A stretch of DNA of 64,000 nucleotides from Octopus bimaculoides (Eukaryota). Numbering within the stretch: position 1 is the first letter of the stretch; each line of letters begins with the position of its first letter. The translations under genes were made by a program, and so were the position numbers. The stretch lies in assembly GCF_001194135.2 (NCBI RefSeq), contig NC_068990.1, forward strand, positions 17,776,002 to 17,840,001, written 5' to 3'. Of the stretch, positions 14,390-27,300 are shown piece by piece. The notes under the pieces were generated by a model. It was not told where the DNA came from. It did not search any database and was given only the letters and a program-made list of their open reading frames with translations.

Positions 14390-14830
14390 CAGAAAGTTAT
14401 TTTACTGGTAACGAGGGAATTCTTACTTTGTCTATGGAGTGAAAGGGTGCATGGTAGTGAAATGTGGACACTGAATTCTGAGAATGTGCCATGCTTGGAA
14501 GGAGTTGAGGCAAACGTGTTCTGTTGGATGTGTAATGTTTGTATGAATGATGTGTACATGGACAAATGAAGTGAGAGTTAAACTGAGTACAAAAGGAATC
14601 GTTTGTACTGTGTAAGGATGAAGACTGTGTTGGTACAGATATGTATGTGTATGAATGATAACAGAGGTGGGTAAAGACATGCTAGGATACCCAAGTGGGA
14701 GGGAGACCAAAGAAGACCTGAGGAGTGGTGAAAGCTGATTTCAAGATGTTGAACTGAAAAAAGGAGATGACAAAAGAATACGACTGGTGAGATGCTGTGT
14801 TGGGAAGGATCTGTCCAACACGTGCAAACA
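14390..14830 (+). mobile_element. Decayed RTE-clade LINE 3' fragment
   Basis: HGSEMWTL...LEGVEANVFCWMCNV matches the RTE motif YGSETW.L....L...E..ML.WMC.V; it is followed by the tail family. Confidence 0.7.
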
Positions 14831-15208
14831 TAGAAAAGTGGGTGTAAAAGTGATGATATATTATAGTTTCCATCTGTTTTCCACCCACAAAGCATTGTTT
14901 AACCTGAAAGTGTAGCAAGAACTTGCCCAAGGTGCTGCACTGTAGAATTGAATCTGAAAGACACATTGGTGTAAAGCAAACTTCATCACACAATGACATG
15001 AAAAGATTTCCAATCATGAGGAAATATCACCTTAGTTGGTAAACAGGTGAAGTTTTGTGTCAGGAAGGGCATCTGGTTGTATGAAATCAGCCTGAAACTC
15101 TAACTCTTGCAGGCATAGAAAAATGGTGGGGTTATGATGATGATAATTTTGTACCAGTTAGTATGCTGTAACTGTAATATAGCAATCTTATGCTCTCTTT
15201 TCAGAAAG

Positions 15209-15329
15209 ATGTTTGCTCGATTGAAAAAGAGAATCCAAGAAGAAGGAGGCAATGTGAATGATGTGGACAAGACTTTTATTACAACTGGTGGGGGACCAGG
15301 ATTGGCAAGTCCTGTCAACAGATTTCAAG
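15209..15329 (+). CDS. GOLGA1: GOLGA1 coding exon 1 ([14 protein letters not shown]...NRFQ, ends phase 1)
   Basis: Acceptor ctcttttcAG at 15203-15204; ATG at 15209 with A at -3; donor caag|GTtttt (weak). Confidence 0.9.
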
Positions 15330-18300
15330 GTTTTTATAAATATATTATTTTCTTTGATTATTTGTCTTTTTGAATGTAATGCTAGTTTGTTGAATGTCTC
15401 TTGGATTCATTCTTGCTGACACACAAAACTCACCAGCATACATGAGCGCATGCTTGTATTTTGTTTTTTTGCCTGTGTTAATTCATTCTATGTTATTGCT
15501 GTGGTATGTGTGTATGATGCTTTTCCTTGTAGCCTGTGCTGCCAAGTCAATCACCATTGTATCTATATTCTTTTTAGGATCCCCATTTACATCTCAGACC
15601 AGCCAACATGGGAAAGAGTGGCCAGATACTGATTCAGGTGTAAGCAGTGCTGCATCACCAAACAGTCAATCCAGTGAAGACATCACAGTAAGGGTATTGG
15701 CTTTGTTATATTTTTTCTGTTTCTTTACAGACTGTTGTCTCTAACTACCCAGTTTCTGAATTATTTCTGGAAGTAGGTGCAGGTTTGGCTGTGTGGTCAA
15801 ATTTGTTTGCTTACCAACCACATAGTTTTGGGTTCAGTCCCACTGTTCAGTTGTATATAAGTAAACTAAGGAACAATTCTTTTTCTTCTGACTAACCTTA
15901 ATATTGCTCATATATATATCACCATCATTTAATGTCTGTTGTCCATGCTGGTATGGGTTGGACGGTTTGACTGGGCTGGCATGCTGGAAGGCTGCACCAG
16001 GCTCCAGTCTGATTTGGCATGGTTTTCTACAGCTGGTTGCCCTTCCTAATGCCAACCACTCTGAGAGTCTAATGGGTGCTTTTACGTGCCATCGGCATGA
16101 CACCGGTATCTACCATGATTGCGATTTTGCTCATCTTGATGGGTCTTCTTCTCGAGCACAACATAATGCCAAAGGTCTCGGTCATTGCCTCCGTGAGGCC
16201 CAACACTCGAAAGGAGCTCAGTTGGGCTATGACTCTCTCCATAACTTTCGTTACCTGATTCAACAATTTGATAACTCTGTAATTATTTTTATCTAAGGCA
16301 TCACCTTTATCTTTGTAGCAGTTGACTAGGGTGCTGCTACACTAGACATTAGGTGTGTGTGTGTGTTACGCTCATGCTCTCAGCATTTTATTGAAGCTAA
16401 GCTACAAAGACTTCACAAACTGTTATTCTGAGTTTCATGTAACTGATTCAGACAATATTCTTTTCTACTCTAGGCCCGAAATTTTCTGGGGAGGGGAGTC
16501 AGTCGATTAGATCGACCCCAGTACGCAACTGGTACTTAATTTATTGACCAAGAAAGGATGAAAAGCAGAGTCAACCTTGGTGGAATGTGAACTCAGAACG
16601 TAAAGACAGACGAAATACCGCTAAGCATTTCGCCCGGCGTGTTTAACGTTTCTGCCAGCTCTCCGCCTTCTGATTCAATATTATTAAACCTTAATATTGT
16701 TTTACATACCCATACCTGTCTGATGAAACTCAAAGTAACAATTTGTGAAGTATTTTCAGCTTCAATAAAATATAATGTAACTACCCTTGATATTTGAGTG
16801 CTATTTTCTCCACCTTGTTTTGTACCTGCACGCACGCGTGTTGCCATTGAAATACAAACTTGTGAAAGTTAAACTTTATTGTAAAGGGACATAACTCTAG
16901 ATATTTTCTGATGTTTTTCGATTTAAAAAATTTTTTTCTCTTCTAGTCAAGAGAGAATTGTTCGAGGGAAGAAGTAGTGTCTTTACTGCATCAGAAAACG
17001 GACCAATGTAAAAAGCTAGAATTAAAAATAAATAGTAAGTTTATAACCACAATATTTCTTTTTATTTGGGTTTGATTATTGTTTACAATATACATTGCAT
17101 TTCGTTCTTTATAACAAATATAAGTTTATAGAAATGTCATACAAAGAACCAGTGAATGAAATGCGTTTGAATAAAACCAGATTTAACTTGTTACAGTGAA
17201 TTTGAATGTGAGAAGACCTGCTGCTATGGAAATAATCTTGGGAAAAAATTTTCTTCTTAAACATGTGTGAAAACAGGAGACTCGGCCGTGAATGATGTTA
17301 CTAGATCATAGAAACACATGCATTTTTGCTTCATCAGCTGCAAGCTCTAAATCTGTCATTATAAGAACAAAATTATTCTTATTAAAACAGTATATAATAT
17401 GCTTGCTGATGTACATAAAGCTTGGTTAAGCTAGAGTTAATGTTGCATAAAGCAGTGTCAAGTACAATGTTTGTGTAGTCATTAACAATGTATGCATCAT
17501 ACCACACAGCCTGCAGATTAAAACTTAATATTTGTTACTCTGTTATAATTCACATGGATTTTGTGTGGATGGTTATTACCTCCAGACAGTTTGAAGAAGA
17601 ACAATACTTGTTAATTTAAATTGTTTTAAGTAACTCCTGTTGGACTTTTGTGGATGTAGGTCATAGTTGTGCAGGAAATAATGATTATGCAGTTTTGTTA
17701 AAATTTTCTATTTGAAATACTTTTAAATTAAAAAACTAATTTGTTTTTAATGCATATTAGTTACTTTTTCAAATTTTATCTTCTTTATTTTGATTATTGA
17801 TGTTAAATTTGATTCCTGATATACAGGGTGTTTAACACGTACACATGTATGTGTATGTTTACCTACACAATTTAAAATATTTAGGAAGTGTATATACATA
17901 ACTTTTGAAACACTGTGTGTGTATGTATGTATATATATATATATATGTATTATCCTGAATGTATTTGCTTTTAATATCTGCTTAGTGCTTTGATACTAAC
18001 AATTTAACAATTTCACATCTTTTGAAGTAAAAATATTTTGTGTTAGAGTGAACTAGGGAAAATAGGTGACATCTATCTTGTGGAATATAAAATGATGATT
18101 GATTATTAACCAAACAAAACGAAATCTGTTGATGTTGGTATATTTAGAGTTACACTTTATACTGTTTTTTTTTTTTATTATAAAGATGGTAGGGTAAAAT
18201 TTGAGGGCAATTTGGCTGTTATTTCTAGCAGACTAGGCGTTTTGGGTATTAGGATTTTGTTGAAATCTACCCTGTGAAATTAAATTGTGGTTTACTTCAA

Positions 18301-21300
18301 TTTTATATATTTCGTTGGAAGAAGGTGCTGGAATGGCCGAATAAAGCAAAAGAATGCCTTATAGCATTTGCTCCAGGTCTTAAATTATCAATTTAAATCA
18401 GGCTGTCTTTGTTTTTCCTTTTCTTGGGTCAATAAATTAAAGTCTGTGGTCAATGTAATCAAGTAACCTCTTCTCCAAATTTTCCTTGGAGGTGAAAGAG
18501 TGGTGTTAATGACTTTTACTGGCCCCTCTCAGACTGGTGAAGTTAACATGTATCAGCTTGATCCTTTAGGTTGATGTATATAGAGGAATTGAGAGCTAGG
18601 TAGAGTTCTGGAAGAATTCTATGGAGAAAAGATAATGTTTGGTGGGTTGACATCCATTGGGAATGATAAAGGAAGGTATTGATATGCAACATGCTTGCTG
18701 AAAGAGGCATAATCCATCATTGCAGTAGAAGAGACAGAGGAAACAGCAAATCTGTGAACTAGTTGTTATAATGTGTTGGTAGGTGAATATTTACCTCTAA
18801 GCTCTGCATGTGTACATGCATATGTTTTCCAGCCAGCATGCATACAGTATCTGTGTATGGCATAAATGATTAGTTGCCTAAAATAAAATACAGTGTAAAA
18901 AAAAAATATTTATATTTGTTATATTCTATTCAGTGTACATGGAAAAAAAAAAAATTCACAATGGGATAGGGTCAGAGAAGTTGTCTTTTTCGGGAATTGG
19001 ATCCTCTGTTATTTCCATAGGTTTGAACATGTGTTGAGAGAGATGTTGAGTCAGTTGAAGCTAGAGACCAACTCAAGAACATGATGGTTGAGGCTATTGG
19101 CAAGGATACTGTCAAGAATAATGATCATATTGAACTGAAGTGACCGGAGAAATTTTTATGCTTGTTGATTGCGATAGCTTAGATTAGTAAGGGTTGCACC
19201 TATGACTGTTTTTTGGTAGGTCCTCCAAAATAAAAGTGGATAAAGGAACAAACAAGCCATGACTTGTGGGTTATTCTTAAAACAGCCAGATGCTTACAAA
19301 AAAGTGGACTGTGTTGAAGACTTGTAAGGAAGGGCCAGAGGTTTCAATTAATCCTTTAGCATTCAAATTATTCTGTCAAATGCAATATTTATTCATTCAC
19401 ATTATTTTGAATTAATCATGCATTATCTTGAAACATCAAGATTATGATGATGTGACTGTTTACTTTTAGAATAACATAAGATAGGAATGAGAGGCCAGAT
19501 CTGGCCAGTTTCAACATAAAACAACTTGAATATTTGGGCCAGATATGACTGGTTTAAATGCTTAAATTGAGCCAGAGATCAACTTTTACCACCTCAAATG
19601 AAGTACAATCGTTCTGATGGGCTTCTGTTCAGTTTCTGTCTGTTTAATGCCCCTAATAAAAGTTGGGTTGTTAGGTTGTCTCGAAATTATGATAGATGAC
19701 AAATCCCTAAAATGTCCTACTTTTCGGTGTAGCCAAAAACCACCTGATTGTACAAAAAACAAATTTCTGAACCACAAGGCCTTGCCTTCAAAGGATCTAC
19801 TTCGCAAAATATAAAGTTGTTTGTTATAGAACTTTTTAAGAAAATGCAGAGAGAACACTGTTGCACTTGATCAAAAACTATATTTTAAATTGCTTTTTAG
19901 TTTTTCATTAGGAAAAGATGCAATGTTATTTAGACTCTAAACAAACTAGAAATTCAAACTGATTTTATGAATACTTGCAATTCAGAAAATCATTAACAGA
20001 GACTGGCTGATGTTTATGTTGTTTGTAATCAACTTCAGTTGTGGTAGTTCAATAGTTGAAATGAACGTGGTGTATGTAAATGAGATTAGATGGATGCAGT
20101 TTTGGGAATTAAGTATTGGACATAGGGTGTGAAGGATTTGGCAGGGATCTGGAAAGTGCAGCAGCGTGTTTGGGTCTATATGATTGACAAAGGAGCAAAG
20201 TATTTGTAGTTTTATAGTTGTCAATGTAGAACATCAATTTTGTCAACAAGTGATAGAAAGGGGTTGTCCCCCTTAACATTGAATACAAATCCTTCTCTGG
20301 TTGACTTTGCTTTTAACCAGCTGAAAGTGATGAAATAAATAAGTTAAAGTAGTAGGGTTGATATAATTTAACTGTGCCCTTAAAAAAAAAAAAAGTATTA
20401 AAAAACTATTGCCCGATTAAATGGCTTTAATAGTGAAGAATTAATAACACAGTATTATGAGGCGGCAAACTGGCAGAATCATTAGCATGCCAGGCAAAAT
20501 GCTTAGCAGCATTTCATCCCAATTTTTTAAATTCTTTTAATTGTTTCAGTCATTTGACTGTGGCCATGCTGGAGCAATGTCTTCAAGGGTTTCAGTCAAA
20601 CTAATCAACTCCAAGACTAATTTCTTCTAAGTCTAGTACTTTATTGGTGTCTCTTACCAAACTGCTAAATTACAGTGACTTAAACAGACCAACACTGGTT
20701 GTCAGGTGATGATGGAGGAGGCAAACACTGACACACACACACACATGTATATATACACATATGACAGGCTTCTTTCAATTTCCGTCCACCAAATCTACTC
20801 ACAAAGTTTTGGTTGACCTAAGGTGCCATGCAGTGGGACTGAACCCAAAGCCATGTGGTTGGGAAGCAACCTTCTTACCACACATCCACGCCTGTGCCAT
20901 TTCTTCACATTCTGAGTTCAAATGCCACCAGGGTCGTCTTTGCCTTTCATCCTTTCGGGGTCAATAAAATAAACACTGGTGGGAGGTGTGTGGGGGGATG
21001 TAATTGACTTAACCTTTCTCCTGAAATTGCTGATCTTCTGCCAAAATTTGAAGTCAGTTTAGTATCATAGTATTATGATAATGAACTGGTGAACATCATC
21101 ATCATCATCATCATCAACAATACATATTTAAAGTTTGCATTTCCAAGCAATCAATTGGGCTTGACAGAAATGGAAAAAGAAAAAAAAGATAAGAAAAAAA
21201 TTGGAAATTTTTTTTCTCTCCCATCTTGCTGCTGTATCCATCTTTATATAATATCTTCCTTTGTTGACTTTAACACCCTTGGCCAGGTAAACTCACATAT

Positions 21301-24300
21301 CCCCTGCTGTTGTTAACTTACGCTCTAACTACATTTCTCATTATGACTTCATGATTCATCTCCAACCAGATAATATTACTATTTGTTTTTTTTTTAATTC
21401 TTATTTCAAATTGGTGGCGAGCTGGCAGAGACATTACCAAGCAGGACAAAATGTTTAGTGGCGTTTCATTTGTCTTTACGTTCTGAGTTCAAATTCCACT
21501 GAGGTCAACTTTGCCTTTTATCCTCTTGGGATTGATAAAATAAGTACCAGTTGAATGTAATTGACTAACCCCATCTCCCAAAATTTCAGGCCTTGTGCCT
21601 ATAATAGAAAGAATTATTATTTCAAATTGCCTGTGTGCTTTTATACATACGCATAGGGTACCACCTCCAATAATACCATGATCTACTTAAACTTCTTTAT
21701 ATCCATATCCTAGTTTATATATTTCATTCTAACTTGCCACAACTCAATTACTATTGCTTTTGACAATTTTGATTTATAATTTGGTAATATTCTCAGCTTT
21801 TGATAAGTATCCTGTACGCGCATGTATGTGTGCGTGCATGCATGCATGTGTATGTATGCAGTGTTGTCACTATCATCATCATCATCATCCATTGCTTTAG
21901 GTCTGCCTTTCCATATTAACATGGGTCAGATGGGTTTGTGGGTAGTTGTTTTAAAGCCAGACTCCTTTCATGATGCCAGTCTTTCAATTGACTCTTAGGA
22001 CAAAGAGGGACATGATGTATGGAACCTAAAAAACAAGATATAGCATGGTGAAAGAATTTGTAATTCATCTCGGGCAAGATTGTTGTAACTTCTTTAAGCC
22101 TGTATGTGTATATATGTATTGGTATATCATACTAAATGTATACACACCATTAGAAGGCATGATATGGAATTGTCTGAGATAAAATTTCTTCATAGACTTG
22201 TTAGGTTAAAAACATGATATATATATATCAGAGCAAGACAAACATCATTGCAATGACCAATAAGAATGGCAGGCACATTTCATTTTTGTTGAAGCTTGTC
22301 AATGCCAAGCATCCAATTGTCACTTGCTTGAATGACATCCATGCTTCAATACACACAGGAATCAATGAGTAAAACATTCACCGTCATTGAGGAAGCTTGC
22401 TGGGCTGGAAAAGAACTCAGTGTGCACAATTGAAAGAGTATTAAATTAAAATGACCATCTGTGACTAAATGTATAATGATCGTGTCCTCATTAGCTTCTG
22501 GCCTTCATAAAGCTGCTATATAGATGCAGATATAAGGTGTCTTATAATTACAGTTGTCTTTACTTGAAAAGTATAGAATTATCAAGCTAGAAAATAATAA
22601 AATGCTATTCTGTTGAGAACGAAATTTTAAAATGGTAAAGCACCATTTTTGTGTTTGCTATGAAATGCTTGATATTAGCATCAGTAATAATTGCTCTTGT
22701 CAGATTAGGCGCATCTGCAGGAACATTTCCCAAATACTTTTGATTGGCACTAATGTTCTTGGTCACTTTGTTAAATGGTGCCACTTTGTCATAGATCTTC
22801 TTGGAATGTGATTATGCTTGGTCTTTTTAGGCTGCTTTGTTTTTCTCCAAATACTGTTTCTTGGAATTGGGTTATGTTGATTATTTGGCAGGAATATACC
22901 TGCAGTGGCCCCTGCTGTATATAGTCAGCTACTGGGTTCTACTTTAAAACTCAATAGAATATGGAATAAAATATAACATCTGACCAATGGTTTTGATGAC
23001 TGCAGACAACTGTCATCTTGTGACCACTTCAATGTTTGTGATTTATAGTCATGTAGACTTGACCATCTAAATATTTAAGCCATAGAAGCAAAAGTGCTCA
23101 TACTCATAATTTGAAATGTGGGCATCTAACCAAAAATAACATTGTTAGCATTAATTTAGAAAGCAACTTCTAACTACTAATAAATTATTTACAAGTTAAT
23201 TTAACATTTATCCTTCCCTGTATCACAAGCTCCTTGCTTTCTTTTTGGTGGTGGTGATGGTGGTGGTAGGGGTCACCCCCTTCAAATGCCAAAATATTAA
23301 TTGATAAAACTTCCTTTAACTAAACTTAGTACATCCCAAGCTTGATGCAATTCCTGAAAATGGTACTGACAGCCTTCTATTAAATAACTTATCTTCAGTT
23401 TTGAATATGTGAAAAGAAAAATGTTTGCAAGCTTTGAGAAAGAAAAAAAAAACAACCACCACCTTGCTCCATTTTTTCAGATATTAAAGGTAAAAAAGCT
23501 GTTGAAAAACGTGAAGCTTCAGAGACAAAGAAAGAAAATGGTTGGTAAAATCATCAAAAATAAAAAATAATCCTAATTTCAGCCACTATTTCACAAAGTC
23601 TCTATCTACTCTCTCTTCACCTTTCCTCATTGTAAACTAGTTCATATTTTCCTCACTCTTTCTCTGCCTCTCTTTCTATGTGTATCTCTGTACATATCTT
23701 TTCTGCAAATCTTCATCTGCAAGCATATCTACATCTTTTCTGCATATCTTCATCTCTTAGCATGGCATAAAGATTTCACTTTCTTCTTAGTGTTTCAATA
23801 TTGTGCATCGACCCTTCAAAATCTCAATGTAAACTAAGCTATATATATTATACACATTGCTATAGTTATATACACAGTTTTTTAAACCATTTTTATAATG
23901 GCCCAACAATTTAGTTTGTGCACAACCTCATCTTTCTTAGTTTGTCAATATTATTTCGTGTGGTGTGTGTGTGTGTGTGATGCTAGCATGTTCTTGCACC
24001 AGCTTATCAATAATTATCTGTTTCTCTAAGGACAACATAAATAGTCAAAACCAAGTTCCAAACCAACATACTTTGCACTTTTTAATCTCATTCCACTCTG
24101 TCTCTATTGTGTTCAAATGTTCAACAAATTTGCCTTTCATCCATTGGATGGGAGAGAAGTGGTGATAGTGGGTTTGGTGGGTGGGGTGTCATAGAAATAA
24201 GTCCATCCATCCATTCATTCATAGCTGTCACTCATGAATGTGTATGAGTTGGTTGCATGTATATTGCTTTCATCGATTGTTTTAGGTTCCTGTGTAGTCA

Positions 24301-27300
24301 TAAGCAGACATAGACACCCTCTTAGCTCCTCCTACCCCTGATCCAGTGGAATATTGAGGATGTGGAACCTGAAAGGAGAGAGGGCTACACCAACGTCCAG
24401 CATGTTACATTTCATGCTGCCCCATGGGCAGCATGATATGTGACTTTACTCAAGGACACAGCATAGTTTCCAATTCAACCCATGAGTTGGTGGCTGTGAG
24501 CTCAAAACCTTGATCTGCAGACCATATGTGAAATAAGTATCATGACTTTCTCAAAATAGTCACCAGAAAGAGACAACCAAAAGAAACTTCAAGCCCTCAC
24601 TGACCTGTGACACAACAAAACTCCTGTAAGGACACCATCTGATCGTTCATGGGAAATAACATCAAACTGACCATATTTGACCCATGGTCACTAATNNNNN
24701 NNNNNNNNNNNNNNNNNNNNNNNNNNNNNNNNNNNNNNNNNNNNNNNNNNNNNNNNNNNNNNNNNNNNNNNNNNNNNNNNNNNNNNNNNNNNNNNNNNNN
24801 NNNNNNNNNNNNNNNNNNNNNNNNNNNNNNNNNNNNNNNNNNNNNNNNNNNNNNNNNNNNNNNNNNNNNNNNNNNNNNNNNNNNNNNNNNNNNNNNNNNN
24901 NNNNNNNNNNNNNNNNNNNNNNNNNNNNNNNNNNNNNNNNNNNNNNNNNNNNNNNNNNNNNNNNNNNNNNNNNNNNNNNNNNNNNNNNNNNNNNNNNNNN
25001 NNNNNNNNNNNNNNNNNNGTTAAAATATGTTGACCTTAATTTGTATTTTTTTTTTTTTAATAACCATTATTTATTTGTTGCAAGTGTTACGATCAACTGT
25101 TTAATTTTTTTTCTGCTTGGGAATTAGAGGCATTCATTCATCAGAGGAAGATCAATCTCCCTTCCAGTAGAAGGGAGGACATATTAATGACTTCTTATCC
25201 TTTGAAGTAATACTTTTTTTATTGAGGGTGGGTATTAACAAAAAAAAACAACAAAAAAAAAAATTCATTTCCATTCTACAGCATTCATCACCTCCTTGTT
25301 TCATTTCTACTCTTCATGTTAATCTGATTTCAAATTAGAAATGTACTGTTACAGTTGTTGTGACAAAAGACAAATATGCAGCTCTCATTATCAGTGCCTA
25401 CATCATTCTCTGTCTGCTTTTCCCATACTGGTGAAGTTGGACAGGTTTTTCGCAGCAGTGTTTTATGGCCAAATACCATTCTGATCACAAACCCTTTTAG
25501 CTGCTTCTTTTGACATGCTGGAGATTTATTGAAAGTGACTTTAAGAGCAACACATTATTTTGGAATATTTTCTTCCATAATAGAATTATAGTTGGACCAA
25601 TATTGTTTAGACACTTCCATTTTTACCTGGTGTTTATGAATGCTAATAAAAATATTGTGCAACTGTCCGTTATTTAAATTCAACTATGTGTGTGTTTATA
25701 GAGTAATCATAAATGAATTAACATATTTTGTTTTCAATATCATTCTCTTTCTAATAAACATTTTGCTATTACTACATTGTGAATTAATTAAATAACCAGG
25801 TTGAGATTTTGAGAAGTTCGTTACTCTGAACTGTATTTTGCCATTGGTTTTTCTATTACTAGTTTATTTAGGAAATTACTGGGTTTAAGCACATCTGTTC
25901 TATTTAGAGTTATTTTGTGAAAATAGATAAGTAAATAAAGAAAGGAAATAATGGTAAAACATTTAGTTTTTCAAAAATTGTTTAAACATTTCTTTAAAAT
26001 CATTTATTGCAGGTTTAAAGCAAGATCTTCAGAGATTAGAAGAAGAAAACAAGAAAACAATATCTGAAAGTATTCAGGTAACAGAATATGAAGAATCTTG
26101 TTTGTACCATCTGGTTTAAATGCAAAACCTTATTGTTTTGCATCTGGTTTTTATAGAGAGAAAATGTCCATCTCTACAATCAACCTTTTCTATATTGTTT
26201 ATTGTAATAAGTTACAATTTTGCTGTAGACCCCCCCCCCCCCAAATCCTTGAAAACAATGTGAAGTCACAAAGGTCTTTTGTAAGTCAGTTTCATGGTCA
26301 TGGAGCAGAAGAGAGGTAAATTTTTCTTTGGATAGGACACAAATCTCTTAAAAAGCTCCACATCTTATCTGGTAATTATTCCAGACAACATCGTGATCAA
26401 AAGCAGTTTAGAATAATGTTTTTAAATCTAGGTTACTTCTGTTATGCGAAACAGTTTACTTAGAAATCTACCCTGAATTAAATTTTTATCTGCGTTGCTA
26501 ATAAAAGCTCCATGTCCACATTACTGAGTCTATATTGTGCTAATCTACTTTTTATTGTTGTTGAGGAGTGGTTTAAAGCTGAGAACAATCTTAAGGCTTG
26601 GAAGAGACTGTTTAGCCACATACGGTCAATCTCTAGACCCTGCAGTCTAGATATGCCAGGCTAGTCTGGTATGATTCCTTACATTGTTGTTGTTTAGCCT
26701 CAGGCAAATCCTGAATAAGCAAATCAAAGTCATTCCAACTGTGACCATCCCATCATTTTTTTCTTGACACTCATGTCAAGTTTGTGTTCAAAACTGAAAA
26801 TATTTTTTGTTCTCCTTGAACAGGAAAAAGCTGAATTACGAAGTCAGTTGGAAGAAGTTGAAAAACTGAAGGAAAAATTTTATAAACAAGAAGAAGAAAA
26901 TGATGAATTCCAGGGTTTAGCAACACAAGAATTGGCTAAAATAAAACATTTGGTAAGGTTGTTATGCTCTCCTACCCTCATTCTCTATATCTAACTATCA
27001 AAAAGTTAGATTCCATTGTCATGTTTTCATTATTTATTTGCGTTCTTGATTTTCCACTCCACATACACTTTTACCTCAGAAACCACTGAATCTGGGATGG
27101 TCAGTTGTTTTTATCAATGATGTAGGATAGCCTTGGCCCTTTACACACCCACCCTGTCACTTTACCATTTTTCCCTCCCTTTTTTCAGTAACCCCTGACA
27201 CTAATACCTTCCCTTTCTCCATGCTATACACTTTCCCCACTACCACCCTATCACAATTATAAATCCATTACTCTGCCTTGAATAATTGCACTCACTCTCT

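Noticed and set aside
15529-15577. In-frame upstream extension of exon 2 ([15 protein letters not shown]) from an alternative AG
   Set aside because: The extension is hydrophobic, includes the polypyrimidine tract of the better acceptor at 15577, and has no homology support.
22554-22634. AG...GTAAAG-bounded candidate exon in intron 3
   Set aside because: Stop codons in all three frames.
24649-25127. Long ORFs of 124 and 147 aa (also 51386-52129, 51423-52073 and 51454-52062)
   Set aside because: They are open only because they run through N gaps. Only the THAP-coding part of 51450-52283 is informative.
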